64,000 nucleotides of DNA from the NCBI GenBank assembly GCA_963754315.1, contig CAVWFS010000007.1, forward strand, positions 288,001-352,000, read 5' to 3'. Under the pieces are notes generated by a model, which saw nothing but the letters and a program-made list of their open reading frames with translations, did not search any database and was not told where the DNA came from. Position numbers and translations under genes: made by a program. Positions 40,365 to 50,179 of this stretch are shown here, piece by piece. This DNA is from an uncultured Candidatus Rokubacteria bacterium (GTDB lineage: Bacteria > Methylomirabilota > Methylomirabilia > Rokubacteriales > CSP1-6). Each line of letters begins with the position of its first letter. Position 1 is the first letter of the stretch.

Positions 40365-41579
40365 GTGAAGATCGGGCGGATCGAGGTCCTGCACGCGGAC
40401 GGTGGCTGGCGGCCGTGGACGTTCGTCCGGATCGAGACCGACGAAGGACTGGTGGGCTGGGGGGAGTGCAGCGACAACCGTAACCCCCTCGGTATCGCTG
40501 GCTGTGTGGCTGACCTGCAGGACCTCCTGGTGGGTCAGGATCCGAGGCCTATCGAGCGCCTGTACTGGGACATGCTGCGCCGCACGCGGCAGAATCTGGG
40601 CGGGGTCACCCACAAGGCGATGGCCGGCATCGAGCTGGCGCTGTGGGATATCAAGGCCAAGGCTCTCGGGGTCCCGGTGTACGAGCTGTTCGGAGGCCCG
40701 CTGCGCGACCGGATGCGACTCTACTGGTCACACTGCGGAACCACCCGGGCGCGCCTCGGCCACCTGCTGGGGACGCCTCCGCTCAAGACGTACGACGACA
40801 TCACGGCCTTGGGCCGCGAGGTGGTCAGCCGCGGGTTCACCGCGCTCAAGACCAACATTGTCATTCCCGGTGACCCCGCCACTGTCTACTTTCCGGGCTT
40901 CGGAAGCGGCATCAACACCACGGACGGCGCCCCCACCGTCGAGGTGCTTGGCGCCATCGATCGGCTCATTGGCACCTTCCGTGACGCGGTGGGGCCGAGT
41001 GTGGGGCTGGCGCTGGACCTCAACTACAACTTCCGCACCGAGGGGGCGCTCCGCGTGGCCAAGCTCCTCGAGCCGTTCGACATGCAGTGGATGGAGTACG
41101 ACAACTGGGATCCCCAGGCACTCCTGCAGATCAAGCAGTCCACGTCCACCCGCCTGGCTTCCTGCGAGAGCCTGGTGAGCACCCGCCAGTACCGGCCGTT
41201 TTTGGAGCGGCAGGCGGTGGACGTGGCCATCATCGATGTCCCTTGGAACGGTTTCTCCCAGTCCGTCCAGATCGGCCGTATGGCCGAGGCGTACGAGATC
41301 AACATCGCGCCTCACAACTACTACAGTCACCTCGCCGACCTCCACTCGATCCACCTCTGTGCGGTCCTGCCCAACGTGAGGATCATGGAGATCGACATCG
41401 ACGACGTGCCGTGGAAGGGCGAGCTGGTGACACGGCCGCCGATCATTCGCGATGGACATCTCTTGCTCCCCTCTGCGCCAGGATGGGGCGCCGATATCAA
41501 CGAGGAGGTACTTCGTGCCCATCCGTGGCCGCGCGGAACGGGCACTGAAACTCGGCTCTTTTATGGCATGAGGCCCTGA
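40365..41579 (+). CDS. Enolase-superfamily acid-sugar dehydratase (DgoD/mandelate racemase-like)
   Basis: ETDEGLVGWGE, ALWDIKAKALGVPVYELFGG, YWSHCG, ALKTN, APHN. Confidence 0.9.
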   Translation: MKIGRIEVLHADGGWRPWTFVRIETDEGLVGWGECSDNRNPLGIAGCVADLQDLLVGQDPRPIERLYWDMLRRTRQNLGGVTHKAMAGIELALWDIKAKALGVPVYELFGGPLRDRMRLYWSHCGTTRARLGHLLGTPPLKTYDDITALGREVVSRGFTALKTNIVIPGDPATVYFPGFGSGINTTDGAPTVEVLGAIDRLIGTFRDAVGPSVGLALDLNYNFRTEGALRVAKLLEPFDMQWMEYDNWDPQALLQIKQSTSTRLASCESLVSTRQYRPFLERQAVDVAIIDVPWNGFSQSVQIGRMAEAYEINIAPHNYYSHLADLHSIHLCAVLPNVRIMEIDIDDVPWKGELVTRPPIIRDGHLLLPSAPGWGADINEEVLRAHPWPRGTGTETRLFYGMRP

Positions 41580-41768
41580 CGCGGTCTCGTCCTTCGGTTA
41601 CTCGACCGCCCCGGCTACCCGGCGACGCCGCGCATCTCGGGTGAGGACGTCGCATGCCCGGCCTCTGCTTGACAGTCTGGACGAAGATCGGTATCTGTAC
41701 GGCACCTTGACGCGTTCCGCGGGTAAACAACGAGAGCGGTGGGCCTACAGGCCCAGGAGGAGACGGCG

Positions 41769-43028
41769 ATGGTGCCAGTAACGCGACGAAGTGTCCTCAA
41801 AGGTGTGGCGGGGGCGGCCAGCTTCGTCGCGGCCTCCGACTTTCCCTTCGTGAATCGGCTGGCCCTCGGCGATCAGCCCATCAAGCTCGGGGCCCTCTAC
41901 CCGTTTACCGGTCCCATGGCGCTCGAGGCGCAGGAGATGCTGGCGGCCACCCAGATCGCGGTCGAAGACGTGAACGCGAGCGGCGGCCTCCTGGGGCGAA
42001 AGGTCGAGTTGCTTACCCGCGATAGCGAGTTCAAGCCGGAAGTGATGAAGCGCAAGGCCACCGAGCTGGTCGAGGTGGAGAAGAGTCCCTTCCTGGTGGG
42101 CGCCCTGGTGGGTTTCGAGGGCATTGCCCTCTCGGAGGTGGGCTGCAAGAACGAGGTGGTCGTCGGTTTCTACGGTCAGAATTTCCTCACCGTGAAGGGC
42201 AAGATGTGCAAGTACCAATACGGCACGAATCTCACCCCTTACCAGACGGCGGCGGCGGCTGCGCGCTTCGTGCACCAGCAGGGTTTCGGCAAGAAGTGGC
42301 ATATGCTCGCCAACAACTATTCGTGGCCGCAGATGTTCGAGCGCGCCTACTCCATCGTGGCCAAGCAGGTCGGCGCGGAGTGGACGGGTGTCACCTGGGC
42401 CCCTCTGGGGACACGTGACTTCCTGCCGTTCCTGCCCAAGGCGGCGGCGGTCAAGGCGGACGTCACCTTCGTGGTCACCTGGGCTGCCGATCAGGTCGCC
42501 TGCGCCAAGCAGATTCAGGAGTTCGGCCTGCGCAAGCAGACGCAAGTCATTCACGGCATCACCGAGTTGACCTTCGCGGAGGCGGCTGGAAAGGGCGTGT
42601 ACGAGGGCACCTACAGCGGCACGCCATGGTATTGGCACCTGAAGGACAAGTATCCGGGGGCCAAGGCCTACTACGACAAGCACGTCACAAAGCGCAAGCG
42701 CGCCCCCTCCGGCTACGCCGCCTCGACCTACGCGACCGTGCGTGTGCTCCTCGACTCTGCCAAGGAGGTGAAGAGTCTCGAGACGGAGAAGGTCATCCGG
42801 GCCATCGAGGGGCGGCAGTTTCAATACCTGAAGGGGCCTGAGTACATTCGCGCCTGTGACCACGTGGACATCCAGGAAGTCTTCCTCTGCAAGGGCAAGT
42901 CGGCGGCGGCCATGAAGGACGACTGGGACTACTTCGATATCGTCCAGGCCGTCGGCGGTGAGGAAACGGCCGAGACCTGCGAGAGCGAGGGGTTCGATCC
43001 GAAGAAGCGGCTGAGCGACCAGGCCTGA
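41769..43028 (+). CDS. Liv-type ABC substrate-binding protein with Tat signal
   Basis: TRRSVLK twin-arginine motif; IKLGALYPFTG, NASGGLLGRKVEL. Confidence 0.92.
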   Translation: MVPVTRRSVLKGVAGAASFVAASDFPFVNRLALGDQPIKLGALYPFTGPMALEAQEMLAATQIAVEDVNASGGLLGRKVELLTRDSEFKPEVMKRKATELVEVEKSPFLVGALVGFEGIALSEVGCKNEVVVGFYGQNFLTVKGKMCKYQYGTNLTPYQTAAAAARFVHQQGFGKKWHMLANNYSWPQMFERAYSIVAKQVGAEWTGVTWAPLGTRDFLPFLPKAAAVKADVTFVVTWAADQVACAKQIQEFGLRKQTQVIHGITELTFAEAAGKGVYEGTYSGTPWYWHLKDKYPGAKAYYDKHVTKRKRAPSGYAASTYATVRVLLDSAKEVKSLETEKVIRAIEGRQFQYLKGPEYIRACDHVDIQEVFLCKGKSAAAMKDDWDYFDIVQAVGGEETAETCESEGFDPKKRLSDQA

Positions 43029-43062
43029 TCCCCACGGACGCCCGCGCCCCCCGGCCGGGTCA

Positions 43063-43965
43063 TTGATGCTGTTCGGCTACACGCTCGACGTGTGGGCCAC
43101 CCAGCTCTTCATCGGGCTGGTCAATGGCTGCATCCTGATTCTGGTCGCGCAGGGACTGTCCATCGTGTTCGGTCTCATGGGCATCATCAACTTTGCCCAC
43201 GGGGTCTTTTACATGCTGGGAGCCTACGCGGGCTGGGTCACCGTGCGCGCGACCGGGAACTTCTGGCTGGCCCTGGTCGTCGCGCCCCTGGTGGTCGCCG
43301 TGGTGGGGGTGCTCGTCGAGGTGGGGGTCCTCCGGCGCATCTACGGAACCCGCAACGCGAACTTTGCCGGCGTCCTCGTGACCTACGGGCTGGCCATCAT
43401 GATTCCCGACGTCGTGCGGATGATCTTCGGGCGTCCGGGGAAGCCCTTCGCCGTGCCGAGCGCTCTCACCGGCACGCTCTTCACCTTCGGCGGCACCGAC
43501 ATCGGACGCTACCGGATCTTCATCATCGGTATCACGGCGGCCCTGCTTCCCCTCCTCTGGCTGCTTCTCAACCGCACCAATCTCGGCATGGTGATCCGTG
43601 CCGGCACCAGCGACAACCTCATGGTGCAACTGCTCGGGATCAACGTGGCGCGCACGTGGACGGTAACCTATGCGCTGGGCGCCGCCCTGGCCGCCCTGGC
43701 GGGAGTCATCACGGCGCCACTGATCGCGGTGGCGCCCGAGATGGGAGGCCTCATCCTCATTGAGTGCTTTATCGTCACCGTCGTGGGTGGCATGGGCAGC
43801 TTCGGAGGCCCCATTGCCGGAGGCCTGCTGATCGGCACCGTCTTGGCCATCACCGGCATGCTCTATGACGTGCTGGCCGACGTCGTGATCTACGTGCTCA
43901 TGGCGGTCGTGCTTCTCGTGCGGCCGCGCGGCCTGTTCGGGCAGGAAGGGGTCTCCGAGGAGTGA
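43063..43965 (+). CDS. livH: Branched-chain-type ABC permease (LivH-like)
   Basis: GLSIVFGLMGIINFAHG, VVGGMGS, RPRGLFG. Confidence 0.93.
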   Translation: MMLFGYTLDVWATQLFIGLVNGCILILVAQGLSIVFGLMGIINFAHGVFYMLGAYAGWVTVRATGNFWLALVVAPLVVAVVGVLVEVGVLRRIYGTRNANFAGVLVTYGLAIMIPDVVRMIFGRPGKPFAVPSALTGTLFTFGGTDIGRYRIFIIGITAALLPLLWLLLNRTNLGMVIRAGTSDNLMVQLLGINVARTWTVTYALGAALAALAGVITAPLIAVAPEMGGLILIECFIVTVVGGMGSFGGPIAGGLLIGTVLAITGMLYDVLADVVIYVLMAVVLLVRPRGLFGQEGVSEE

Positions 43966-45746
43966 TCGCGGGCTTTCTCGAGCGCCGCGGCCTCCTGGTG
44001 GCCGCGGCGTTGCTCCTCCTGGCTCCCCTCGTGGCCGACTACACGCCGTTCTACCTGGCGCTGCTGACCGAAGTTCTCGTGTTTGGCCTCTTCGCCCTGG
44101 CCTACGACATTCTCCTCGGCCACACGGGCGTCTTGTCCCTGGGGCACTCCGCCTTCATCGGGGTGGCGGCCTACACGACGGGCATCCTGCTGTCGCGCTG
44201 GCGGCAGATGCCGGTGGAGCTTGCTGTGCTCGCCGGCGCCGCCGGTGGCCTCGCCGTGGCTCTGCTCCTGGGGCCGCTCGTTCTCCGCAAGCGCGGTGTC
44301 TACTTCGCCATGCTGACCCTCGCGCTGTCGCAGGTGTTCTACTACGCGGTCCTCATGTGGACACCCGTCACCGGTGGCACCGATGGTCTCGGCAACCTTC
44401 CCCGCCTGTTCCTGAGTGCGCCTCTGGGGGGTGTTCGCCTGTCCAAGCGTCCCCTCGCCCTCTATTTCACGGTGGCGGTCGTCGTCTTCGTGGCCATGCT
44501 CGTCATCCGCCGCATCCTGCGCTCGCCCTACGGGCGGGTCATGCGGGCGGTCAAGGCCAACGAGCGGAGGGCTCAGGCCTGCGGCTACAACACGACGCGG
44601 GTCAAGCTCGTCGCCTTCGTGCTGTCGGGCCTCTTCTCCGGCCTCGCCGGTGGTCTACTGACCGTCACCCTGGAGTTCGTGCCCATCGAGAACATTTACT
44701 GGTCGATGTCGGGGACGGTGCTCATCATGACCCTGTTCGGCGGCACCGGGACTCTGCTCGGTCCGTTTGTGGGCTCCGCCGTCTTCGTCTGGATGCGTGA
44801 CTTTCTGTCCAAGAAGCTCGAGTACTGGGAAGTCTTCGTCGGGGCAGGCTTCGTCCTGATCGTTCTCTTCATGCCGGAAGGGATCGTCGGTACCCTGCGG
44901 CACCTCTGGCGCTCCCGCCGCGCGACGCCGCCGGCGCCAGCTCCCACCATCGAGGCTTTGCCGGATGCGATCGGCCCCATCGCTCCCGCCCGGAAGCCAG
45001 CGAACGGCAGCGCTCCCCTGCTGGAGAGCCGCGGTCTCACCATGCGCTTCGGCGGGCTCACCGCCGTCGACGCCGTGGATTTTCAGGTCCGGCCAGGCGA
45101 ACTGCGCGCTGTGATCGGCCCCAATGGCGCCGGCAAGACGACGTTCTTCAACATGCTCACGGGAGTGCTGCCGCCGACGGACGGCCAGATCCTTTTTCAG
45201 GGGCAGGACATCACAGCTCTGCCCGCGCACGCTGTGTCTCGCCTCGGGATCGCGCGGTCGTATCAGGTGACGAACATCTTCGCCGATCTCACCGTGCTCG
45301 AGAATGTCCGGATCGCTGCCCAATCCCGAGTCACGACCTACAATCTCTGGGCGAATGCGGACCGCTTGGTTGCCGTGAACGAACGGGCCGCGACCATCCT
45401 GGCCCTGCTCGGGCTCGCGGACAAACGAAACCTGTTGGCCGGTGCTCTGTCGCATGGGGAGCAGCGCTACCTGGAGATCGGCATCGCGCTCGCCACCGAG
45501 CCTGCCTTCCTGCTGCTTGACGAGCCGACGGCCGGTATGAGCCCTGAAGAGACGAAGCGGACGGCAGAGTTCATCCGCAGCATCGCCGGCTCGGTCACCA
45601 TCGTGCTGGTCGAGCACGACATGGAAGTCGTGATGGGTGTCTCCGACCGCATCACCGTCCTGAACTACGGCCGCGTGCTGGCCGAGGGCACGCCGGCCGA
45701 AATCCGTGAGAACGCCGACGTGCGCCGAGTCTACCTGCGCGATTAG
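43962..45746 (+). CDS. Fused ABC permease/ATPase (LivM-LivG)
   Basis: LivM permease (SLGHSAF, YFAMLTLA, MPEGIVG) followed in frame by GPNGAGKTT, LSHGEQR, LLDEPTAG. Confidence 0.93.
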   Translation: MIAGFLERRGLLVAAALLLLAPLVADYTPFYLALLTEVLVFGLFALAYDILLGHTGVLSLGHSAFIGVAAYTTGILLSRWRQMPVELAVLAGAAGGLAVALLLGPLVLRKRGVYFAMLTLALSQVFYYAVLMWTPVTGGTDGLGNLPRLFLSAPLGGVRLSKRPLALYFTVAVVVFVAMLVIRRILRSPYGRVMRAVKANERRAQACGYNTTRVKLVAFVLSGLFSGLAGGLLTVTLEFVPIENIYWSMSGTVLIMTLFGGTGTLLGPFVGSAVFVWMRDFLSKKLEYWEVFVGAGFVLIVLFMPEGIVGTLRHLWRSRRATPPAPAPTIEALPDAIGPIAPARKPANGSAPLLESRGLTMRFGGLTAVDAVDFQVRPGELRAVIGPNGAGKTTFFNMLTGVLPPTDGQILFQGQDITALPAHAVSRLGIARSYQVTNIFADLTVLENVRIAAQSRVTTYNLWANADRLVAVNERAATILALLGLADKRNLLAGALSHGEQRYLEIGIALATEPAFLLLDEPTAGMSPEETKRTAEFIRSIAGSVTIVLVEHDMEVVMGVSDRITVLNYGRVLAEGTPAEIRENADVRRVYLRD

Positions 45747-46451
45747 ATGCTCCGCCTCGAGGCGATCGACACCTACTACGGCCTCAGCCACGTCCTACAG
45801 TCAGTGTCCCTCACCGTGAACGCGGGGGAAGCGGTGGCCCTCCTCGGCCGCAACGGGGCCGGGAAGACCACGACCCTCAAAACCATCATGGGGGTGCTCA
45901 AGCCACGCCGCGGGCGTGTCCAGCTCGAGACCCGGGACATCACGGGCGCCCCGCCCCACCGCATCGTGCAGATGGGCATCGGCTACGTCCCCGAGGAGCG
46001 GCGCATTTTCCCGAACCTGACCGTGTACGAGAACCTCAAGATGGCCCGGCTGATGGTGGACGGTGGGCGACGTATGGACGACTACCTCGATCGCGTGCTC
46101 GGACTCTTCCCGCCCCTCAAGGCTCGCCTCCGCAACCGGGGCCGATCATTGAGCGGTGGCGAGCAGCAGATGCTGGCCATGGCCCGCAGCCTCGGCACGG
46201 AACCGCGCTTGCTCCTCATCGACGAGCCGACCGAAGGCCTCATGCCGGCGTTCGTGGAGACGATCGGCCAGACCATCCTGGACATTCAGCGCCAGGGCCT
46301 GGCTGTGCTCCTCGTGGAGCAGAACACCAAGCTCGCCCTGGACGCTACCCAGCGCGTGTATCTCATCGAGAAGGGTGTCATCCGCTATGAGGGCGCCTCG
46401 GCCGCACTGAAGCACGACGCGGCGACCCGTCTGCGCTACCTCGGCGTGTAG
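45747..46451 (+). CDS. livF: ABC ATPase (LivF-like)
   Basis: GRNGAGKTT, LSGGEQQM, DEPTEGL, VEQN. Confidence 0.95.
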   Translation: MLRLEAIDTYYGLSHVLQSVSLTVNAGEAVALLGRNGAGKTTTLKTIMGVLKPRRGRVQLETRDITGAPPHRIVQMGIGYVPEERRIFPNLTVYENLKMARLMVDGGRRMDDYLDRVLGLFPPLKARLRNRGRSLSGGEQQMLAMARSLGTEPRLLLIDEPTEGLMPAFVETIGQTILDIQRQGLAVLLVEQNTKLALDATQRVYLIEKGVIRYEGASAALKHDAATRLRYLGV

Positions 46452-46490
46452 GAGATCTGCGCGACCTCGGCGTGTAGGAGGGCGAGCGTC

Positions 46491-49340
46491 TCAGAGCTTT
46501 CCGAGTGCCCGCAGCACGACGTCGGGGGTGATTGGCACCTGGGTAACACGCGCGCGGAGGGGAGCGAGAGCGTCGTTGACGGCGTTCAGGACGGCTCCCG
46601 GGGCGCCCGCGACGCCGCCTTCCCCGGCTCCCTTGAAACCGCCCTCCGAGTACGCCGTCGGCGTCTCGACGTGGCCGACCCAGATGTCGGGGACCTCATA
46701 CGCCATGGGCACCAGGTAGTCCATCATGGTCGAGGTCAGGAGCTGGCCCTGCTCGTCGTAGACGCAATGTTCCCAGAGCGCGTCGCCGAGCCCGTGCACG
46801 ACACCGCCCCGGACCTGCTCGTCGACCAGCATGGGGTTGATGATTCGCCCGCAATCCTCGGCGACCCAGTGGCCGAGGAGCCGGACGAATCCCGTATCGA
46901 CATCGACCTCCAGGTAGGAGAGCTGCACACCGTTCGTGTACGCGAGCGGCTGGTGGCGTGGAACATAGTGCCGCGTCACCGTCAGCTCGGACTGAAAGTC
47001 CTTGGGCAAGGTGTCGGGGCGGAAGTACGCGATGCGGCCCAGCTCCCCGAGCGGCATCCGGACCTCACCGGTACGCCCATCCACGATCTGGCCTCGGCGA
47101 ATATCGAGCGCGAGCGGATCGACGTCGAAGAGGGCGGCCGCCACCTTCAGGATGTTCTCCCGCAAGGCCTTGCCGCTCTGCAGGGTTGCCTCCCCTCCGA
47201 TGGCCGCCGCGCGGCTACCCCAGGTGCCGCCACCATAGGGCGTGACGAGGGTGTCGCCCGTCACCACGCGGACATCCTCGATGGCGACCCCCACGGCCGT
47301 GGCTGCCACCTGAGCCAGGATGGTGTCCGTTCCCTGCCCCTGCTCGGTCACGCTGGCGATGACCGTCAGCTTGCCCGTGGGCTCCAGACGGATGGTCGTT
47401 CCGTCCTGAGAGCTGATCCGTGCTCCGCCCGTTCCGTAGGTGGCGGCGCCAGGAGCCGTCAGGTCCAAGAAGACGCACAGACCCAACCCTCGGTATACAC
47501 CACGAGCACGAAGCGCATCGCGCTCTCGACAGAGCGTCGCATAGTCCGCGATCCTGAGGACTTCGGCCAGCGACTCCTCGTGGGAAAGCTTCTCGAAGAA
47601 TAGTCCGGAGGGCGCCGTGTAGGGGTACATCTCGCGAGTCAGGAGATTCTTGTGTCGCACCTCGACGGGATCGAGGCCGAGCTCGCGGGCGACTCGATCG
47701 ACGGTGGCCTCCATGACCAGGGCCGCCACCGGATGGCCGACCGCGCGATACTGGGACATCGAGGTCTTGTTCTGGTACACGACCCGGCCACGCGCACGAT
47801 AGTTTCGGAAACGGTAGGGCCCGGGTGTCGTGCGCAGCACCTGGCCGCACTCGACGACGCTGGAGCGCGGGTACATCGAGAATGGTCCGACCCCAGTGAG
47901 GTCGTCGAGGGTCATGCCGAGGATGGTCCCGTCCCGTTTCGCCGCGACCTCCACGGATACCCGATGGTCCCGCGAGTGGATGTCGGTCTGGAAGGACTCC
48001 ACCCGGTCCGCCACGAACTTCACAGGCCGCCCGAGTTTGACCGCGAGCGCGCAGGTGGCCATCTCGTCGGGATATGTATGGATCTTGAGGCCGAAGCTCC
48101 CCCCCACGTCCTTGTTGATCACACGCACGCGATGCTCCGGAAGTGAGAGGTGCCGGGCGAGGAGATCATGGAGCATGTACGGGGCCTGACCTGAGTGGTA
48201 GACGGTCAAGGTCCCCTCGCTGGGCTCGTAGTCCGCCAGCACCACCCGGGGCTCCAAGCTCACCACCGTATGGCGACCGGTGACGAACGTCTCCCGATAG
48301 ATGACATCAGCCTCGGCGAAAGCCCCGCTGAGGTCGCCTGCTTCGATCTTCGACTCGAGGGCGAGGTTGTCGCCGAGATCCGGGTGGATCACGGTCGCTC
48401 CCGGGGCCAGCGCGACCTCGGGATCGACCACCGGGGGCAGCGAGTCCCACTCGACCCGCACCTTGGCACAACCATCCTCAGCGAGGGCGCGACTCTCCGC
48501 CACAACCGCCACCACCGGCTCTCCTTGCCACACGGCCTTGTCGATGGCGAGCGCCGGCTGTGGTGCTGACTTCATGCCCGGGTAGTTGAGCAAGACACCC
48601 ACCCAGGGAGTGCAGAGCCGGGCCATCTCTTCGCCGGTGACGACAGCCGCCACGCCTGGGAGGGCCAGTGCCTCTGACGTCTCGATGCTGACGATCCGCG
48701 CATGGGCGTGCGGGGATCGAACGAACGCGGCGTGAAGCATGCGGGGCAGCTTCACGTCATCGGTGAACGTGCCGCGGCCGGCGACCAGCCGCGCTGTCTG
48801 GGGCCGCATCACCGAGCGGCCGATGTATCCCTCCTCGTGGTCTCCGGAGGGAGCCGGTGAGGTGGCCGCCGTCGTCGTCGCCGCCGCTCGGCCGACGGCC
48901 TGCACGATGGCGTGATAGCCCGTACAGCGGCAATAGTTCGCCGCGATGGCCTCACGGATGGCGGTCTCGTCCGGACGCGGCATCTGTCGGAGCAACTCGC
49001 ACGCCGTGAGCAGCATCCCCGGAGTACAGAATCCGCATTGCAGCGCGTTCTCGGCACGAAAGGCGCGCTGAAGGTCGGTGATCTCGCCTCGTTCGCTCAC
49101 ACCCTCGATGGTCTCTACACGACAGCCGTCGGCCTGCACGGCCAGCATCAGGCATCCCCGCACCAGCCGGCCGTCCACGCGGACGGTGCACGCCCCGCAG
49201 ACTCCGTGCTCGCACCCGATGTGCGAGCCCGTCAAGCCCAGCTCGTCACGAAGAAAATCGACGAGGTGCTGCCGAGGCTCGACAGCGCGGCGAACAGCTT
49301 GGCCGTTGACGTCAAGAGCGATCTCGACACGAAAGCTCAT
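46491..49340 (-). CDS. Xanthine-oxidase family molybdo-hydroxylase, fused 2Fe-2S (CoxS-like) and Mo-binding (CoxL-like) subunits
   Basis: GCEHGVCGAC, QCGFCTPG, CRCTGY, then GGSFGLK, QYRAVG, KGAGEGG. Confidence 0.93.
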   Translation of the reverse strand: MSFRVEIALDVNGQAVRRAVEPRQHLVDFLRDELGLTGSHIGCEHGVCGACTVRVDGRLVRGCLMLAVQADGCRVETIEGVSERGEITDLQRAFRAENALQCGFCTPGMLLTACELLRQMPRPDETAIREAIAANYCRCTGYHAIVQAVGRAAATTTAATSPAPSGDHEEGYIGRSVMRPQTARLVAGRGTFTDDVKLPRMLHAAFVRSPHAHARIVSIETSEALALPGVAAVVTGEEMARLCTPWVGVLLNYPGMKSAPQPALAIDKAVWQGEPVVAVVAESRALAEDGCAKVRVEWDSLPPVVDPEVALAPGATVIHPDLGDNLALESKIEAGDLSGAFAEADVIYRETFVTGRHTVVSLEPRVVLADYEPSEGTLTVYHSGQAPYMLHDLLARHLSLPEHRVRVINKDVGGSFGLKIHTYPDEMATCALAVKLGRPVKFVADRVESFQTDIHSRDHRVSVEVAAKRDGTILGMTLDDLTGVGPFSMYPRSSVVECGQVLRTTPGPYRFRNYRARGRVVYQNKTSMSQYRAVGHPVAALVMEATVDRVARELGLDPVEVRHKNLLTREMYPYTAPSGLFFEKLSHEESLAEVLRIADYATLCRERDALRARGVYRGLGLCVFLDLTAPGAATYGTGGARISSQDGTTIRLEPTGKLTVIASVTEQGQGTDTILAQVAATAVGVAIEDVRVVTGDTLVTPYGGGTWGSRAAAIGGEATLQSGKALRENILKVAAALFDVDPLALDIRRGQIVDGRTGEVRMPLGELGRIAYFRPDTLPKDFQSELTVTRHYVPRHQPLAYTNGVQLSYLEVDVDTGFVRLLGHWVAEDCGRIINPMLVDEQVRGGVVHGLGDALWEHCVYDEQGQLLTSTMMDYLVPMAYEVPDIWVGHVETPTAYSEGGFKGAGEGGVAGAPGAVLNAVNDALAPLRARVTQVPITPDVVLRALGKL

Positions 49341-50179
49341 GGCCGACTGCCCTCGAGCTGCTGCCTCACGCGTTGCAGCAGGACGCGGGCGAGATGCCGG
49401 CGTAGAGCGGAGCTGCCGTGAATGTCGCCCGGAGGATCGAGGTCGCTGTCCAGGGCCGCCTCTGCTCCGTGGCCGGCGGCGATCGCCGCCTCGGCGGCGG
49501 TGGCTCGGCGCGGCGTAGGGCCCACGCCAAAAAAGACCAGGCGAATCACGTCCACCACGTCGTCGCGTACGGCAGCATGGGCCGCGAGACCGACAAGCGC
49601 ATAGTCTCCGTGGCGACGCGCCAGCTCAGCGAAGGCGGACCGCGCCCCGTGGCCCACGGGAGGGATGACGACCTCGGCGAGAAGCTCGCCGGGCTCGAGC
49701 GCCGTGGTGTAGATACCGCGAAAGAAGTCGGCGGCGCGGATGGTGCGTCCGCCGCCAAGCCGGGCGGTGCGGATGGTCGCGTCGAGGGCAACCACGCAGG
49801 CGGGCAGCTCCGCTGCCGGATCGGCGAGGGCCAGACTGCCTCCGAATGTTCCCCGGGTCCGGATCGCGTGGTGTCCCACGTGCGGCATGGCCGCCGCGAT
49901 AAGCGGCGCATGGGCGGCCACCAGGGGCGAGTGCTCGACGGCTTCGTGGCGCGCCAGCGCCCCGATCACCAGTCCCTCGGGAGTCAGGCGGATCTGGTCC
50001 AGGCTCGGGAGCCGGTTGATGTCGATCAGGGCACTTGGTGTTGCCAGCCGCATGTTGAGGACGGGAACGAGGCTCTGCCCGCCCGCCAGGATCCGCCCAT
50101 CGTCTCCGTATCGAGCCAGCAGATCGAAGGTCTCGTCTAGCGAGGCCGGCCGGTGGTACGCGAAGGGCGCTGGCTTCAC
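49337..50179 (-). CDS. FAD-binding medium subunit (CoxM-like)
   Basis: MKPAPFAYHRP, LAGGQSL, IRTRGTFGGS, ADPAAELP. Confidence 0.93.
   Translation of the reverse strand: MKPAPFAYHRPASLDETFDLLARYGDDGRILAGGQSLVPVLNMRLATPSALIDINRLPSLDQIRLTPEGLVIGALARHEAVEHSPLVAAHAPLIAAAMPHVGHHAIRTRGTFGGSLALADPAAELPACVVALDATIRTARLGGGRTIRAADFFRGIYTTALEPGELLAEVVIPPVGHGARSAFAELARRHGDYALVGLAAHAAVRDDVVDVIRLVFFGVGPTPRRATAAEAAIAAGHGAEAALDSDLDPPGDIHGSSALRRHLARVLLQRVRQQLEGSRP

Noticed and set aside
41586..41652. Riboswitch upstream of the Liv-type importer
   Set aside because: A CGTCCT/AGGACG-closed hairpin exists but lies upstream of the putative promoter and matches no aptamer consensus I recognise. It is more likely a terminator or degenerate repeat.
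46491..49340. Aerobic CO dehydrogenase (coxL form I)
   Set aside because: Lacks the AYRCSFR Cu-binding loop, and no coxDEFG accessory genes are nearby.
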